Source: Rhodospirillales bacterium (GTDB lineage Bacteria; Pseudomonadota; Alphaproteobacteria; Rhodospirillales; 2-12-FULL-67-15). From it: a stretch of DNA of 64,000 nt. Every line of letters starts with the position of its first letter. Position 1 is the first letter of the stretch. A model generated the notes under the pieces. That model saw nothing but the letters and a program-made list of their open reading frames with translations, was not told the origin of the DNA and did no database searches. The position numbers and the translations under genes are program-made. Of this stretch, positions 25,668 through 39,358 are shown one piece after another. The DNA lies in assembly GCA_016872535.1 (NCBI GenBank), contig VGZQ01000002.1:9514-73513 (forward strand). Reading direction: 5' to 3'.

Positions 25668-26897
25668 ATGCCCGCTTTGACCCGCACGCTCGCGGCTCGC
25701 GTGTTCGTGCCTTTCGCGGTCGGCTATTTCCTTTCCTACCTGGGCCGGGTTGTCAACGCCGTGCTGGCGCCGCGCCTGATGGCCGAATTCGATCTCGGCG
25801 CGGCCGATCTCGGCTTTTTGACCAGCGTCTATTTCCTGGCCTTCGCCGCGTTCCAACTGCCGCTCGGCATCCTGCTCGACCGCTTCGGGCCGAAGCGGGT
25901 CGAAGCGGCGTTGATCCTGGTCGCGGCCCTCGGCGCCTTCGGATTTGGGATGGCGGGCGGGCTGGCCGGGCTCGTTTCGGGTCGCGCCCTGATGGGGCTC
26001 GGCGTTTCCGCTTGCCTGGTGGCGCCCTTCACCGCCTACCGCATCTGGTTTCCGGCCGCACGGGTGCCGCTCGCCAACGGCCTCCTGATGTCGTGCGGCG
26101 GCCTCGGCGCCATCGCCGGCACCGTGCCGGTCGAGGTGACGCTCGGATTCGTCGGCTGGCGCGGCGTGCTGATGCTTTATGCGCTGGCCATCGTCGCCGC
26201 CGCGGCCCTGATCTACCTTGTCGTTCCCGACGACGGCCGAACCGGCAAGCCGCCGCCGCTCGCCCGCCAGTTGCGCGAGCTGGTCGGCATCCTGCGCGAT
26301 CCCTTGTTCGTGCGCGTGGTCGGCTCGACCGCGTTGATCCAGGGATCGTTCATCGGCCTGCAGAGCCTGTGGGTCGGCCCGTGGCTCGCGGACGTCGCCG
26401 GGCTCAAGGGCCCGGCCGTCGCCGATTATCTGCTCTGGATCGCGCTCGGCATGACCTCGGGCTACGCCGCCATGGGCGCGATCGCCGACCGGCTGGCGCG
26501 CCTCGGCATCGCCGCGCACACGGTCGCGCTGGCGGCGACCGTCGGCCTGCTCGCGACCCAGGGCGCCATCGTCCTGCTGCCGCCCGCCGAGGCGGCGCCG
26601 CTCTGGGTCCTGTTCACGTTCCTCGGCGCATCGAACGTGTTGTGGTATTCGGCGTTCTACCAGAGCTTTCCGCTCGAGATGGCCGGCCGCGCCGCGACCG
26701 CGTTCAACGTCTCGGTTTTTCTCGGAACCTTCGCCTGCCAGTGGGGCGTCGGCGTGGTGGTCGATTTCTGGCCGCGCGGCGCGGACGGATCGTATCCGCC
26801 GGAAGCCTATCGTGCCGCGTTCGCGGCGCTGCTCGCGGCCCAAACCGCCGGACTTGCCTGGTACATGCTCAAACGCCGGGCGAAATTTCGCACCTGA
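25668..26897 (+). CDS. MFS transporter
   Basis: About 12 hydrophobic segments; motif A GILLDRFGPKRV. Confidence 0.9.
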   Translation: MPALTRTLAARVFVPFAVGYFLSYLGRVVNAVLAPRLMAEFDLGAADLGFLTSVYFLAFAAFQLPLGILLDRFGPKRVEAALILVAALGAFGFGMAGGLAGLVSGRALMGLGVSACLVAPFTAYRIWFPAARVPLANGLLMSCGGLGAIAGTVPVEVTLGFVGWRGVLMLYALAIVAAAALIYLVVPDDGRTGKPPPLARQLRELVGILRDPLFVRVVGSTALIQGSFIGLQSLWVGPWLADVAGLKGPAVADYLLWIALGMTSGYAAMGAIADRLARLGIAAHTVALAATVGLLATQGAIVLLPPAEAAPLWVLFTFLGASNVLWYSAFYQSFPLEMAGRAATAFNVSVFLGTFACQWGVGVVVDFWPRGADGSYPPEAYRAAFAALLAAQTAGLAWYMLKRRAKFRT

Positions 26898-26898
26898 A

Positions 26899-27903
26899 TC
26901 AGGGCAGCGTCAGCGGCGCGGTCGCCGGTCCGTCCGCCTCGAAGCCCTGGACCCAAAGCGTGCCGCGCCGAGCGTTGGCGACCACCGCCGCCCGCGTGGT
27001 GCGGTTGAGGATCGGCGCGGTCAGCCATGCGAAGCCGTCGGGCGCGCGGCGATGGATTTCGGCCAGCGTTCGCGCGCGCTTGACGCTGTCGGCCCCCCGC
27101 GCGCGGCCCGGCCGGTGGAATCCCTGCCAATGGTTGGCGGAACACGCGGGCGATTCGCGCACGCTCGCGCCCGTTTCGGTGCGCTCGATCACGCAGCCTT
27201 GGTCCGGCTCCGCGCCGCTCAGGACGAAGATCGCGGGCAGGCACATGGGCGTTTCGACGAGCTGGGCGCGTGCTTCGGCGTAAGTACGGCAGGTATCGAA
27301 CACGCGCCGCAACAGATGCGCGGGCGGAAGCTGGCCGCGCGCCGCGAGGCGGATGCGCGTGACCGCCCAATCGAGCCAACAGGAAGGCGTGTAGCGCGGC
27401 ATCGGCGCCTGATTGAGCGCGGCGGCGAATCGGCCGGGCGCCATCGCGGTGGCGATGCCGGCGAATCCGGGCCACGTGACGTTCAGGTAATCCCCGGCCG
27501 CGCCCGACTGCCGGGCGACCACCAGGGCGCGGCCGAGACCGTCGAGCGGCCAGTCGAGGGTGCGCAGCATCCGGTTGCCGGCACCCGAAGGATCGGGCGC
27601 GACGCCGCTGGTGCAGGTCCATTCGTAGGAGAGGTTGAGAAGATGCGCGCCCGCGCGCCCCAAGCGCGCGGCGACCGTGTCGATCTCCGGCAGGTAGGGA
27701 TTGTTCGCGCGCATCAGCCATTGTCGCGAAAGCGCGTCGCCGAGGCGAAGCGGGATCCGGCCGTAGCGCGTTTCGGCCGAGGCGAGAATCAGGGCCAACC
27801 GCTCGGGCGCGGAGGCGGCGAGCGCGTCGGCGCCGCCGCCGCCGATATCGAAAACCGGAATCGGTGCCGGAAGTTTGGAGACGAAAGCGAAACTGTCGTG
27901 CAT
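26899..27903 (-). CDS. Ntn-hydrolase, acid ceramidase / C45 acyltransferase-like
   Basis: LNLSYEWT-CTS (candidate autocleavage Cys nucleophile), RTLDWP, WPGFAG..TAMAPGRFAAALNQ, ANHW. Confidence 0.7.
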   Translation of the reverse strand: MHDSFAFVSKLPAPIPVFDIGGGGADALAASAPERLALILASAETRYGRIPLRLGDALSRQWLMRANNPYLPEIDTVAARLGRAGAHLLNLSYEWTCTSGVAPDPSGAGNRMLRTLDWPLDGLGRALVVARQSGAAGDYLNVTWPGFAGIATAMAPGRFAAALNQAPMPRYTPSCWLDWAVTRIRLAARGQLPPAHLLRRVFDTCRTYAEARAQLVETPMCLPAIFVLSGAEPDQGCVIERTETGASVRESPACSANHWQGFHRPGRARGADSVKRARTLAEIHRRAPDGFAWLTAPILNRTTRAAVVANARRGTLWVQGFEADGPATAPLTLP

Positions 27904-28001
27904 GCGTGATCCGAGCGACGGAGCATCCGGGAAAGGCCGATTTCCTCCGCCGGGGATATGTTCTAGGATGTTCCCCCTGCCGAATCCAGGACGCCGTTCC
28001 G

Positions 28002-29339
<1,338 letters not shown>

Positions 29340-29675
29340 TTACTTCTTGCCCTGGTCCCTGGCGACCTGCTCGAGGGCGACGGCGTGGCAACGCCGCATT
29401 TCCTTCTCCACCTCGGCGCGGACGAGGGTGATGTTCCGCGCTTCCGCGTCCTTCATGATCTTGTCGAGAAGGTCGTCGTGCCCGGGCTTATCCAGATCGG
29501 CGATCGCCAGTTCCTTGCCGTAGGCCTGGCGCTGGTCGGCGGACATGCCGAACCTTTCGCCCACCCATTCCGCCAGCATCTTGTTGCCGCGCGAGGTGGC
29601 CTTGAATTTCAACTCCTCGTCGAGCTTGAATTTCGCCTCAAAACCCTTTTCGCGTTCGTTGAAGACATCGGCCAT
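29340..29675 (-). CDS. DUF1476 (ATPase inhibitor zeta subunit) family protein
   Basis: FNEREKGFEAKFKLDEELKFKA..RGNKML..W. Confidence 0.9.
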   Translation of the reverse strand: MADVFNEREKGFEAKFKLDEELKFKATSRGNKMLAEWVGERFGMSADQRQAYGKELAIADLDKPGHDDLLDKIMKDAEARNITLVRAEVEKEMRRCHAVALEQVARDQGKK

Positions 29676-29786
29676 CGGCTGCTCCGGTCAAAAGTTGGGG
29701 GCGTTCGGGCGCCGGAAATGTATGGTGGACGGCCGCGGCTTGCAACGGCCATGGCACGAGCGCGCCTTCGGACATAACATTCCGCC

Positions 29787-30533
29787 ATGTGCACCGTCGT
29801 CGTCCTCTTCCGCCCCGGCCACGCCTGGCCGCTGATCCTTGCCGCGAACCGCGACGAGATGATCGATCGGCCGTGGCGCGCGCCCGGCCGCCACTGGCCC
29901 GACCGACCGCGCGTGGTCGCGGGCCAAGACCAACTCGCGGGCGGAACCTGGCTCGGGCGCAACGACGAAGGCGTCGTCGCCGGGATCCTCAACCGGCCGG
30001 GCTCCCTCGGACCCGAAAAGGGCAAGCGGAGCCGGGGCGAGTTGCCGCTCGCGGCGCTCGACCGCGCCGACGCGCGTGCCGCCGCCGACGCGCTCGCCCG
30101 CGTCGATCCCGGCGCCTACCGTACGTTCAACATGGTCGTCGCCGACCGCCGATCCGCGTTCTGGCTGCGGCGCGCCGACGAAACCGACATGATCGAATCG
30201 TTTCCGATGCCGGAAGGGCTGTCGATGATCACCGCCCACGATCGCAACGATTCCGCGTCGGCCCGCATCCGGCATTATCTGCCGCTGTTCGCCGAGGCGA
30301 CCCCGCCCGATCCCGGCGCGGGCGACTGGGCGGATTGGCGGGCGCTGCTGGCGAGCGGCGAGACGGCGCCCGGCGCGGGCCCGCGCGAGGCGATGTTCAT
30401 CGCGCCCGATCGCGGCTACGGCACCGTGTCGTCCTCGCTCGTCGCGCTGCCCGCGAACGCCGATGCCGGTCCGGTCTGGCTGTTCGCGCCGGGCTTTCCG
30501 AATCCCGCGCCGTTCGCGCCCGTGGCGGCGTAG
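29787..30533 (+). CDS. NRDE/TANGO2 family protein
   Basis: MCT start, LILAANRDE...[25 protein letters not shown]. Confidence 0.92.
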   Translation: MCTVVVLFRPGHAWPLILAANRDEMIDRPWRAPGRHWPDRPRVVAGQDQLAGGTWLGRNDEGVVAGILNRPGSLGPEKGKRSRGELPLAALDRADARAAADALARVDPGAYRTFNMVVADRRSAFWLRRADETDMIESFPMPEGLSMITAHDRNDSASARIRHYLPLFAEATPPDPGAGDWADWRALLASGETAPGAGPREAMFIAPDRGYGTVSSSLVALPANADAGPVWLFAPGFPNPAPFAPVAA

Positions 30534-30663
30534 GCCCGGCCGCCAAAAACCCGCGGAAACGGCGCGGAATCGAGATAACGCGGACCATTTGTTTTCGCGG
30601 GGACCCCCTGCTATACCAACCTCGTTCAGCCGCGATTTCCGCCTCCCCAACCCCGGCCGACCC

Positions 30664-31428
30664 ATGACCCGGCGCAGACGCATCTATGAGGGCAAGGCCA
30701 AGGTCCTGTTCGAAGGACCCGAGCCCGGAACCCTGGTCCAGTACTTCAAGGACGACACCGCCGTCGAAGGCGACGACAAGACCTCGGTCGTCACCGGCAA
30801 GGGCGTCCTCAACAACCGGATTTCCGAATACCTGATGACGCGCTTGAACGAAATCGGCGTGCCGACCCACTTCGTCCGCCGCCTCAACATGCGCGAGCAA
30901 TTGGTGCGCGAGGCCGAAATCATTCCGATCCAGGTGGTGGTGCGCAACGCCGCCGCCGGATCGCTCGCCCAGCGCTTCGGCATCGCCGAGGGCACGGCGC
31001 TGCCGCGCTCGATCGTCGAATTCTACTACAAGGCCGAAAACGGCCAGCGGCCGATGGTGTCGGAAGAACACATCACCGCCTTCGGTTGGGCCGCGCCCGA
31101 GGATCTGGACGAGATGATGAATCTCGCGCTCAGGGTCAACGACTTTCTCTCCGGGTTGTTCCTCGGCATCGGCCTCAGGCTGGTCGACTTCAAGGTCGAA
31201 TTCGGGCGCTTGTGGGAAAACGATTACATGCGGATCGTGCTCGCCGACGAAATCAGCCCGGACAATTGCCGGCTGTGGGACATCAAGACCAGCGAGCGGT
31301 TCGACCGCGACCGGGTGATCCGCGGCCAGGGCCCGGTCGAGGAAGTCTATCAGGAAGTCGCCCGCCGGCTCGGCATCCTGCCCGAGGGCGGCCCGCGCGA
31401 CCTCAAGGGCCCCAAGGTGATGCAGTAG
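30664..31428 (+). CDS. purC: PurC homologue (bacterial short family) with substituted catalytic-site motifs
   Basis: [44 protein letters not shown]; located directly before purS. Confidence 0.9.
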   Translation: MTRRRRIYEGKAKVLFEGPEPGTLVQYFKDDTAVEGDDKTSVVTGKGVLNNRISEYLMTRLNEIGVPTHFVRRLNMREQLVREAEIIPIQVVVRNAAAGSLAQRFGIAEGTALPRSIVEFYYKAENGQRPMVSEEHITAFGWAAPEDLDEMMNLALRVNDFLSGLFLGIGLRLVDFKVEFGRLWENDYMRIVLADEISPDNCRLWDIKTSERFDRDRVIRGQGPVEEVYQEVARRLGILPEGGPRDLKGPKVMQ

Positions 31429-31456
31429 CCCTCTAAAATAAGAAAGAGCCAGCGTC

Positions 31457-31699
31457 TTGAAGGCCCGCATCCACGTCACGCTCAAGAACGGCGTCCTCGA
31501 TCCGCAAGGCAAGGCGATCGGGCACGCGCTCGCCGGCCTCGGCTTCGCCGGCATCGGCGAAGTGCGCCAGGGCAAGTTCATCGAGCTGGAATTGGCCGAG
31601 CGCGACAAAAATCGCGCGCGCGAATCGGTCGACGCCATGTGCCGCAAGCTGCTCGCCAACACCGTGATCGAGAACTACACGATCGAGATCGCCGACTGA
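31457..31699 (+). CDS. purS: FGAM synthase subunit PurS
   Basis: TTG start; [30 protein letters not shown]. Confidence 0.96.
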   Translation: MKARIHVTLKNGVLDPQGKAIGHALAGLGFAGIGEVRQGKFIELELAERDKNRARESVDAMCRKLLANTVIENYTIEIAD

Positions 31700-32388
31700 T
31701 GCGCGCCGCCGTCATCGTCTTTCCCGGCTCCAACTGCGACCGCGACGTCCAGGTCGCGCTCGCGCAGAGCATGGGCCGGGAGCCGGCGATGGTCTGGCAC
31801 CGCGAAACCGAGCTGCCCCGGGTCGACCTGATCGTGCTCCCCGGCGGCTTTTCCTACGGCGACTATCTCAGGAGCGGCGCCATGGCCGCGCGTTCGCCGG
31901 TGATGCGCGAAGTGATCGCCCGCGCCGAAAAGGGCGTACCGGTGCTCGGCATCTGCAACGGATTCCAGGTGCTGACCGAAACCGGGCTCCTGCCCGGCGC
32001 CCTGATGCGCAACGCCGGCCTGAAGTTCATCTGCCGCGACGTGTGGCTGAAGGTGGAGACCGCCGACAGCGTTTTCACCGGCGGCTACGCCAGGGATCAG
32101 GTGATCCGCATCCCGGTCGCCCACGCCGACGGCAACTATTTCGCCGACGCCGAGACCTTGAAGCGGCTGGAGGCCGAAGGCCGGATCGCGTTCCGCTATT
32201 GCGACGACCGCGGCCGCGTCACCGCGGAGGCCAACATCAACGGCAGCCTCGGCAACATCGCCGGTATCCTGAGCGAAAAGCGCAACGTGCTCGGCCTGAT
32301 GCCGCACCCCGAGCGGCTGGCCGATCCGGAACTCGGCGGCACCGACGGGCGCGCCATGTTCGACCATTTCATCCGCGTTCTGCACTGA
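31699..32388 (+). CDS. purQ: FGAM synthase glutaminase subunit PurQ
   Basis: TGATG overlap; [34 protein letters not shown]. Confidence 0.97.
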   Translation: MRAAVIVFPGSNCDRDVQVALAQSMGREPAMVWHRETELPRVDLIVLPGGFSYGDYLRSGAMAARSPVMREVIARAEKGVPVLGICNGFQVLTETGLLPGALMRNAGLKFICRDVWLKVETADSVFTGGYARDQVIRIPVAHADGNYFADAETLKRLEAEGRIAFRYCDDRGRVTAEANINGSLGNIAGILSEKRNVLGLMPHPERLADPELGGTDGRAMFDHFIRVLH

Positions 32389-32411
32389 TCGCGCCCCGCC
32401 GGAGAGTCGCC

Positions 32412-33143
32412 TTGCTGATCCCGCTGCACGACGAGAACCCGCTCCGCCACATCCGTTTCCAGTACGTCACGGTCGCGATCATCGCCGTGTGCGTCGCGGT
32501 GTTTCTCTACCAATCGACGCTGGACGTCCGCGCTGAGCGGGTGTTCGTGATGAGCTATGGCGCGATTCCGGCGGCCGTGTTCGGCCTCGCCGAGCGCGGG
32601 GCTGAGATCTCGGCGATCCCGCCGTCCGTCACGCTTCTCACCAGCATGTTTCTGCACGGCGGCTTCATGCACCTCGCCGGCAACATGCTGTTCCTGTGGG
32701 TGCTCGGCGACAACGTCGAGGACGCCATGGGCCACGCGCGCTACGTCGCGTTCTATCTGTTGTCGGGCCTCGCCGCGGCGCTGGCGCACGCCGGGCTCGA
32801 TCCCGTCTCCAAGATTCCGATGATCGGGGCAAGCGGCGCGATCTCCGGCGTCATCGGCGCCTACTTGATTCTGCACCCCAAGGCGCCGATCAAGACTCTC
32901 GTTCTGCGCATGATCGTTTATCTCCCGGCCTGGGTGGTGCTGGGCCTCTGGTTCGCGTTCCAGCTGATCAACGTGGCGATGACGCCGAAGGGCGCGGGCG
33001 GCGTCGCGTGGTGGGCGCACATCGGCGGCTTCGTCGCCGGTGCGATCCTGATTTTCCTGTTCCGCAAGCGCGACGTGACGCTGTTCGACCGCGGCTACGT
33101 GCCGAAATCACGCCGCCGTTCCATCATTCCCAATTCGGAGTAG
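32412..33143 (+). CDS. Rhomboid family intramembrane serine protease
   Basis: [51 protein letters not shown]. Confidence 0.93.
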   Translation: MLIPLHDENPLRHIRFQYVTVAIIAVCVAVFLYQSTLDVRAERVFVMSYGAIPAAVFGLAERGAEISAIPPSVTLLTSMFLHGGFMHLAGNMLFLWVLGDNVEDAMGHARYVAFYLLSGLAAALAHAGLDPVSKIPMIGASGAISGVIGAYLILHPKAPIKTLVLRMIVYLPAWVVLGLWFAFQLINVAMTPKGAGGVAWWAHIGGFVAGAILIFLFRKRDVTLFDRGYVPKSRRRSIIPNSE

Positions 33144-33148
33144 CGCGG

Positions 33149-35344
<2,196 letters not shown>

Positions 35345-35366
35345 CGACACTTCGAGGTTGACGTTC

Positions 35367-35600
35367 ATGCCGATGGCGGCGTTCGAAATCGAGCGGTTGA
35401 TCAAGCAAGGCATCCCCGACGCCAAGGTCACGATCGAGGATTTGCGCGGCGACGGCGACCATTACGCCGCCCGGGTCGAATCCGCGGCCTTCAAGGGCAA
35501 GTCGCGGGTGCAACAGCACCAACTCGTCTATCAGGCGCTGCAGGGCCGCATGGGCGGGGCGTTGCACGCGCTGCAACTGACCACCGTCGCCCCGGATTGA
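35367..35600 (+). CDS. bolA: BolA family protein
   Basis: IEDLRGDGDHY, FKGKSRVQQHQLVY, LHALQL. Confidence 0.93.
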   Translation: MPMAAFEIERLIKQGIPDAKVTIEDLRGDGDHYAARVESAAFKGKSRVQQHQLVYQALQGRMGGALHALQLTTVAPD

Positions 35601-35645
35601 CGTTCGACCGGATTCGAGAATCGACGCAACGCAAAGGAACCGCAC

Positions 35646-35984
35646 ATGAGCGAACCCGCCGTCTTCGCCCGCATCCGCGAAGAGATCGCCGAAAACCCCG
35701 TCACCCTTTTCATGAAGGGTTCGCCGATCTTTCCCCAATGCGGATTTTCCGCCGCCGTGGTCGGCGTCCTCAGCCACATGAACGTCAAGTTCAAGGGCAT
35801 CGACGTGCTCTCCGACCAGGATATCCGCGAGGGCATCAAGGCCTTCTCCAACTGGCCGACCATTCCGCAGCTCTACGTCAAGGGCGAGTTCGTCGGCGGC
35901 TGCGACATCGTGCGCGAAATGTACCAGTCGGGCGAACTGCAGAAGCTGCTCAAGGACAAGGGCGTGCCGTTCGCCGACGCGTGA
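35646..35984 (+). CDS. grxD: Monothiol glutaredoxin Grx4
   Basis: LFMKG..FPQCGFS, WPTIPQLYVKGEFVGGCDI. Confidence 0.96.
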   Translation: MSEPAVFARIREEIAENPVTLFMKGSPIFPQCGFSAAVVGVLSHMNVKFKGIDVLSDQDIREGIKAFSNWPTIPQLYVKGEFVGGCDIVREMYQSGELQKLLKDKGVPFADA

Positions 35985-36013
35985 GTCCGTCCGACGCGAG
36001 CGCGCGTGGACAT

Positions 36014-36045
36014 AGGGCCCGGGGGAACTCCCGCGGCCCTTTTTT
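36014..36045 (+). terminator. Rho-independent terminator after grxD
   Basis: AGGGCC-CGGGGGAACTCCCG-C-GGCCCT followed by a T run. Confidence 0.75.
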
Positions 36046-36258
36046 CCGGGCATAACGGCGGTTTTCCGCTAGTCGGAAATCGCCCCGAGTGCTATACAGC
36101 CACCCCACGAGTGCGCCGGACGATTCCATCCGGGCGCGACGGTTGCCGCCACACGGCGGCCTTCGCCGCTACCTTCGTCGCCCCCGCATTCACGCTTTCA
36201 CATGGCACGGCTTTGAAACCGACCTGACGGTCGGTTTTGTTCCATTTGGAGGATTTGC

Positions 36259-38556
36259 GTGGCGGCGGAAATTGGGTCTTTCGGTTATCGGCGGCGGCTG
36301 GCCAGTATTTTTCCGTTTCTGGAATGGCTGCCGCTCGTCAACCGCCGCACCATGACGGCGGACTTGAGCGCCGGGTTGACCGGCGCGATCGTCGTCCTGC
36401 CGCAGGGCGTGGCGTTCGCCACCATCGCCGGCATGCCGCCGGAATACGGGCTCTACGCCGGGATCGTGCCGGCCATCGTCGCGGCGATGTTCGGTTCCTC
36501 CTGGCACCTGGTGTCGGGCCCGACCACCGCGGCCTCGATCGTTCTCTATTCGTCGCTCAGCGTCATGGCCACCCCGGGCACGACGGACTACGTACAGCTG
36601 GCCATCACGCTCGCCTTCATGGTCGGCGTGCTCGAAATCGTCATGGGGGTGTTCCGGCTCGGCGCATTGGTCAATTTCATTTCCCATTCGGTGGTGATCG
36701 GCTTCACCGCCGGCGCCGGCATTCTGATCGCCGCCAACCAAGCCAAGAACTTCTTCGGCCTGTCGATCCCGCGGGGCGCGTCGTTCCACGACGTCGCCGT
36801 CTACCTGTTCGAGCACATCGACGAAAGCTCCCTGGCGGTGACGACGGTCAGCGTCGTCACCCTGCTGACCGGAATCGTCGCCCGGCGACTGATCCCCCGC
36901 GTTCCCTACATGCTGGTGGCGATCGTCGTCGGCAGCCTGGTCGGCCTGGTTCTCGAGTTCGGTCTCGGCGCGGCGATCCCGATGGTCGGGGCGTTGCCTT
37001 CGCACCTGCCGCCGTTGTCGATGCCGGATTTCTCGATGCAGAAGATGCGCGATCTGGCGCCGACCGCGCTCGCGGTCACCCTGTTCGCGCTGACCGAGGC
37101 GATTTCGATCTCGCGCGCGCTGGCGGTGCGCAGCGGCCAGCACATCAGCAGCAACCAGGAATTCATCGGCCAGGGACTTTCCAACATCGCTGGAAGCTTT
37201 TTTTCCGCTTACGTCGCGACCGGTTCCTTCAACCGCAGCGGCCTCAACTACGACGCGGGCGCGCGCACGCCGTTGGCGGCGATGATCGGGGGAGCGGCGT
37301 TGCTTGCCGTCCTCGTCCTGGTCGCGCCGCTGGTCGCGTATCTTCCCGACGCGGCGATGGCGGGCATCCTGTTTTTGGTCGCCTGGGGGCTGATCGACTT
37401 CAAGCATATCGCCCAGATCGCCCGCACCAGCCGTTCGGAAACCGCCGTGCTCGCGGTTACGTTCGTCGCCACGCTCTTGTTCCCGCTCGAATTCGCCATC
37501 CTCGCCGGCGTTCTGTTGTCGCTGCTGCTTTATCTCAACCGCACCTCGCACCCGACCATCCTGTCGCGGGTTCCCGACCCCGCGGCGGAAAGGCGGAAGT
37601 TCACCTCCGCCCACCAATTGCCCGAATGCCCGCAAGTCAAGATTTTGCGCATCGACGGCTCGTTGTTCTTCGGCGCGGTCAACTATTTCCAGGAAACCCT
37701 GCGCGCCTACGAACGCAAGCAGCCCGAGCAGAAGCACGTCGCGTTGTTCATGTCGGGGGTCAACTTCACCGACGTCGCCGGCGCCGAGGCGTTGGCCCAG
37801 GCGGCGCGCCGGCAACGGGATCGCGGCGGCGGGCTTTACCTCATCAACACCAAGGAAGCGGTTTTGTCCCGCCTGCGCCGCGGCCGCTACATCGACGAGA
37901 TCGGCGCCGGCAACATCTTCGCCTCGAAAACCGAGGCGTTTGCGACCATCTACCGTAGCCTCGACCGGCCGACGTGCCAGGCCTGCCGCGCGCGCATTTT
38001 CAGGGAATGCTTGGACGAATACGGCAAGCCCGAGCCGTTGCCCGAGGCGCCCCGCGTCTTCCCCGAGCTCGCCGAGGGCAAGGCGCCGAAGCGCATTCTC
38101 GCGGTGCCCGCCCTCGATTTGGGCGATCACGCGCTCGCCGAATACGCCTGGGCGCTGGCGCAATCGCGCGGCGCCAAGCTCGCCTTCGGCCATGTCGCCG
38201 AGTGGGAGCCGGGACTCGGGTTCGAAAGCTACCTGACCCCGGCCGAGGTCGAGAAAAAGCTGGAGGAGATCGTGCGCCGCAAGCTTGCCGACCTGGCGGC
38301 CGAAGTCGGCGCGATGGAAGCGGAAACCCTGGTCGCGTTCCCCGGCTGGGATCGCGGTCTCGCCGATTTGGCGCGCGCCTGGAAACCCGACCTGGTGATC
38401 GTGCCGTCGAACAAGAGCCACGACCTCTCGGGCGGCGGCCGCCTGGTGGTGCGCGACTGGGAATGCGACGCGGTCATCTTCCGGGTGCCGTGGTTCGGGG
38501 CGCTCGGCCGCGCGATGAAGTCCCTATGGGCCGATCCCGACGGCAGCGCGCGTTGA
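36259..38556 (+). CDS. SulP/SLC26 anion transporter with STAS domain and extra C-terminal USP-like domain
   Basis: DLSAGLTGAIVVLPQGVAFA, GLYA, GPT, NQEFIGQG, GSFNRS, STAS (LRIDGSLFFGA..NFTDVAG), CQAC...IFREC, then about 150 extra aa. Confidence 0.92.
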   Translation: MAAEIGSFGYRRRLASIFPFLEWLPLVNRRTMTADLSAGLTGAIVVLPQGVAFATIAGMPPEYGLYAGIVPAIVAAMFGSSWHLVSGPTTAASIVLYSSLSVMATPGTTDYVQLAITLAFMVGVLEIVMGVFRLGALVNFISHSVVIGFTAGAGILIAANQAKNFFGLSIPRGASFHDVAVYLFEHIDESSLAVTTVSVVTLLTGIVARRLIPRVPYMLVAIVVGSLVGLVLEFGLGAAIPMVGALPSHLPPLSMPDFSMQKMRDLAPTALAVTLFALTEAISISRALAVRSGQHISSNQEFIGQGLSNIAGSFFSAYVATGSFNRSGLNYDAGARTPLAAMIGGAALLAVLVLVAPLVAYLPDAAMAGILFLVAWGLIDFKHIAQIARTSRSETAVLAVTFVATLLFPLEFAILAGVLLSLLLYLNRTSHPTILSRVPDPAAERRKFTSAHQLPECPQVKILRIDGSLFFGAVNYFQETLRAYERKQPEQKHVALFMSGVNFTDVAGAEALAQAARRQRDRGGGLYLINTKEAVLSRLRRGRYIDEIGAGNIFASKTEAFATIYRSLDRPTCQACRARIFRECLDEYGKPEPLPEAPRVFPELAEGKAPKRILAVPALDLGDHALAEYAWALAQSRGAKLAFGHVAEWEPGLGFESYLTPAEVEKKLEEIVRRKLADLAAEVGAMEAETLVAFPGWDRGLADLARAWKPDLVIVPSNKSHDLSGGGRLVVRDWECDAVIFRVPWFGALGRAMKSLWADPDGSAR

Positions 38557-38570
38557 CCCCCGTACCGATG

Positions 38571-38601
38571 AAAAAGGGCCGCGAGTTTCCTCGCGGCCCT
38601 T
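38571..38601 (-). terminator. Rho-independent terminator of rpsD (possibly bidirectional)
   Basis: AAGGGCCGCGAG-loop4-CTCGCGGCCCTT, with a U run on the minus strand. Confidence 0.85.
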
Positions 38602-38623
38602 CGTCGTTCGGCGGATACGGCGA

Positions 38624-39241
38624 TCAGCGCGAATAGAATTCGACCACCAGGTTCGGCTCCATCTGCACCGGGTACGGCACGTCGCCGAATTTGGGCGTGC
38701 GCACGAAGGTGCCTTTCATGGCCGAATGATCGACCTGGAGGTAATCGGGCACGTCGCGTTCGGCGAGCTGGACGGACGCCAGCACCGAGGCGAGCTGCTT
38801 GGACGATTCCTTGAGTTCGATGGTGTCGCCGTCCTTGACCAGATAGGACGGGATGTTGACCCGCCGGCCGTTGACCTTGACGTGGCCGTGGTTGACGAAC
38901 TGGCGCGCGGCGAAAACGGTGGGCACGAACTTCATGCGGTAGACGACCGCGTCGAGGCGCCGTTCCAGGAGCCCGATCAGATGTTCGGAGGTGTCGCCCT
39001 TCCGGCGCGCGGCTTCGGCGTAATAGCGGCGGAACTGGCGCTCGCCGATATTGCCGTAATAGCCCTTCAATTTTTGTTTGGCGCGCAGCTGGGTGCCGAA
39101 GTCGGACGGCTTGCGGCCGCGCCGCTGGCCATGCTGGCCGGGGCCGTATTCGCGAACGTTGAGGGGACTTTTCGGCCGACCCCAGAGATTGGCGTTGAGG
39201 CGGCGATTGATCTTGTACTTGGACTCGGCGCGTTTGGTCAT
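38624..39241 (-). CDS. rpsD: 30S ribosomal protein S4
   Basis: [55 protein letters not shown]. Confidence 0.98.
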   Translation of the reverse strand: MTKRAESKYKINRRLNANLWGRPKSPLNVREYGPGQHGQRRGRKPSDFGTQLRAKQKLKGYYGNIGERQFRRYYAEAARRKGDTSEHLIGLLERRLDAVVYRMKFVPTVFAARQFVNHGHVKVNGRRVNIPSYLVKDGDTIELKESSKQLASVLASVQLAERDVPDYLQVDHSAMKGTFVRTPKFGDVPYPVQMEPNLVVEFYSR

Positions 39242-39358
39242 GTGACTCGGTTTCCCGTTGGTTGTTGTCCCGATAGGCCCCGGCGCGAAATTCCCGGCCG
39301 GGGCGTGGCTGCGGCCAACGAAGGGCCGGGCCCGCGTTCTCGGAAATCAAGGGGCGGC

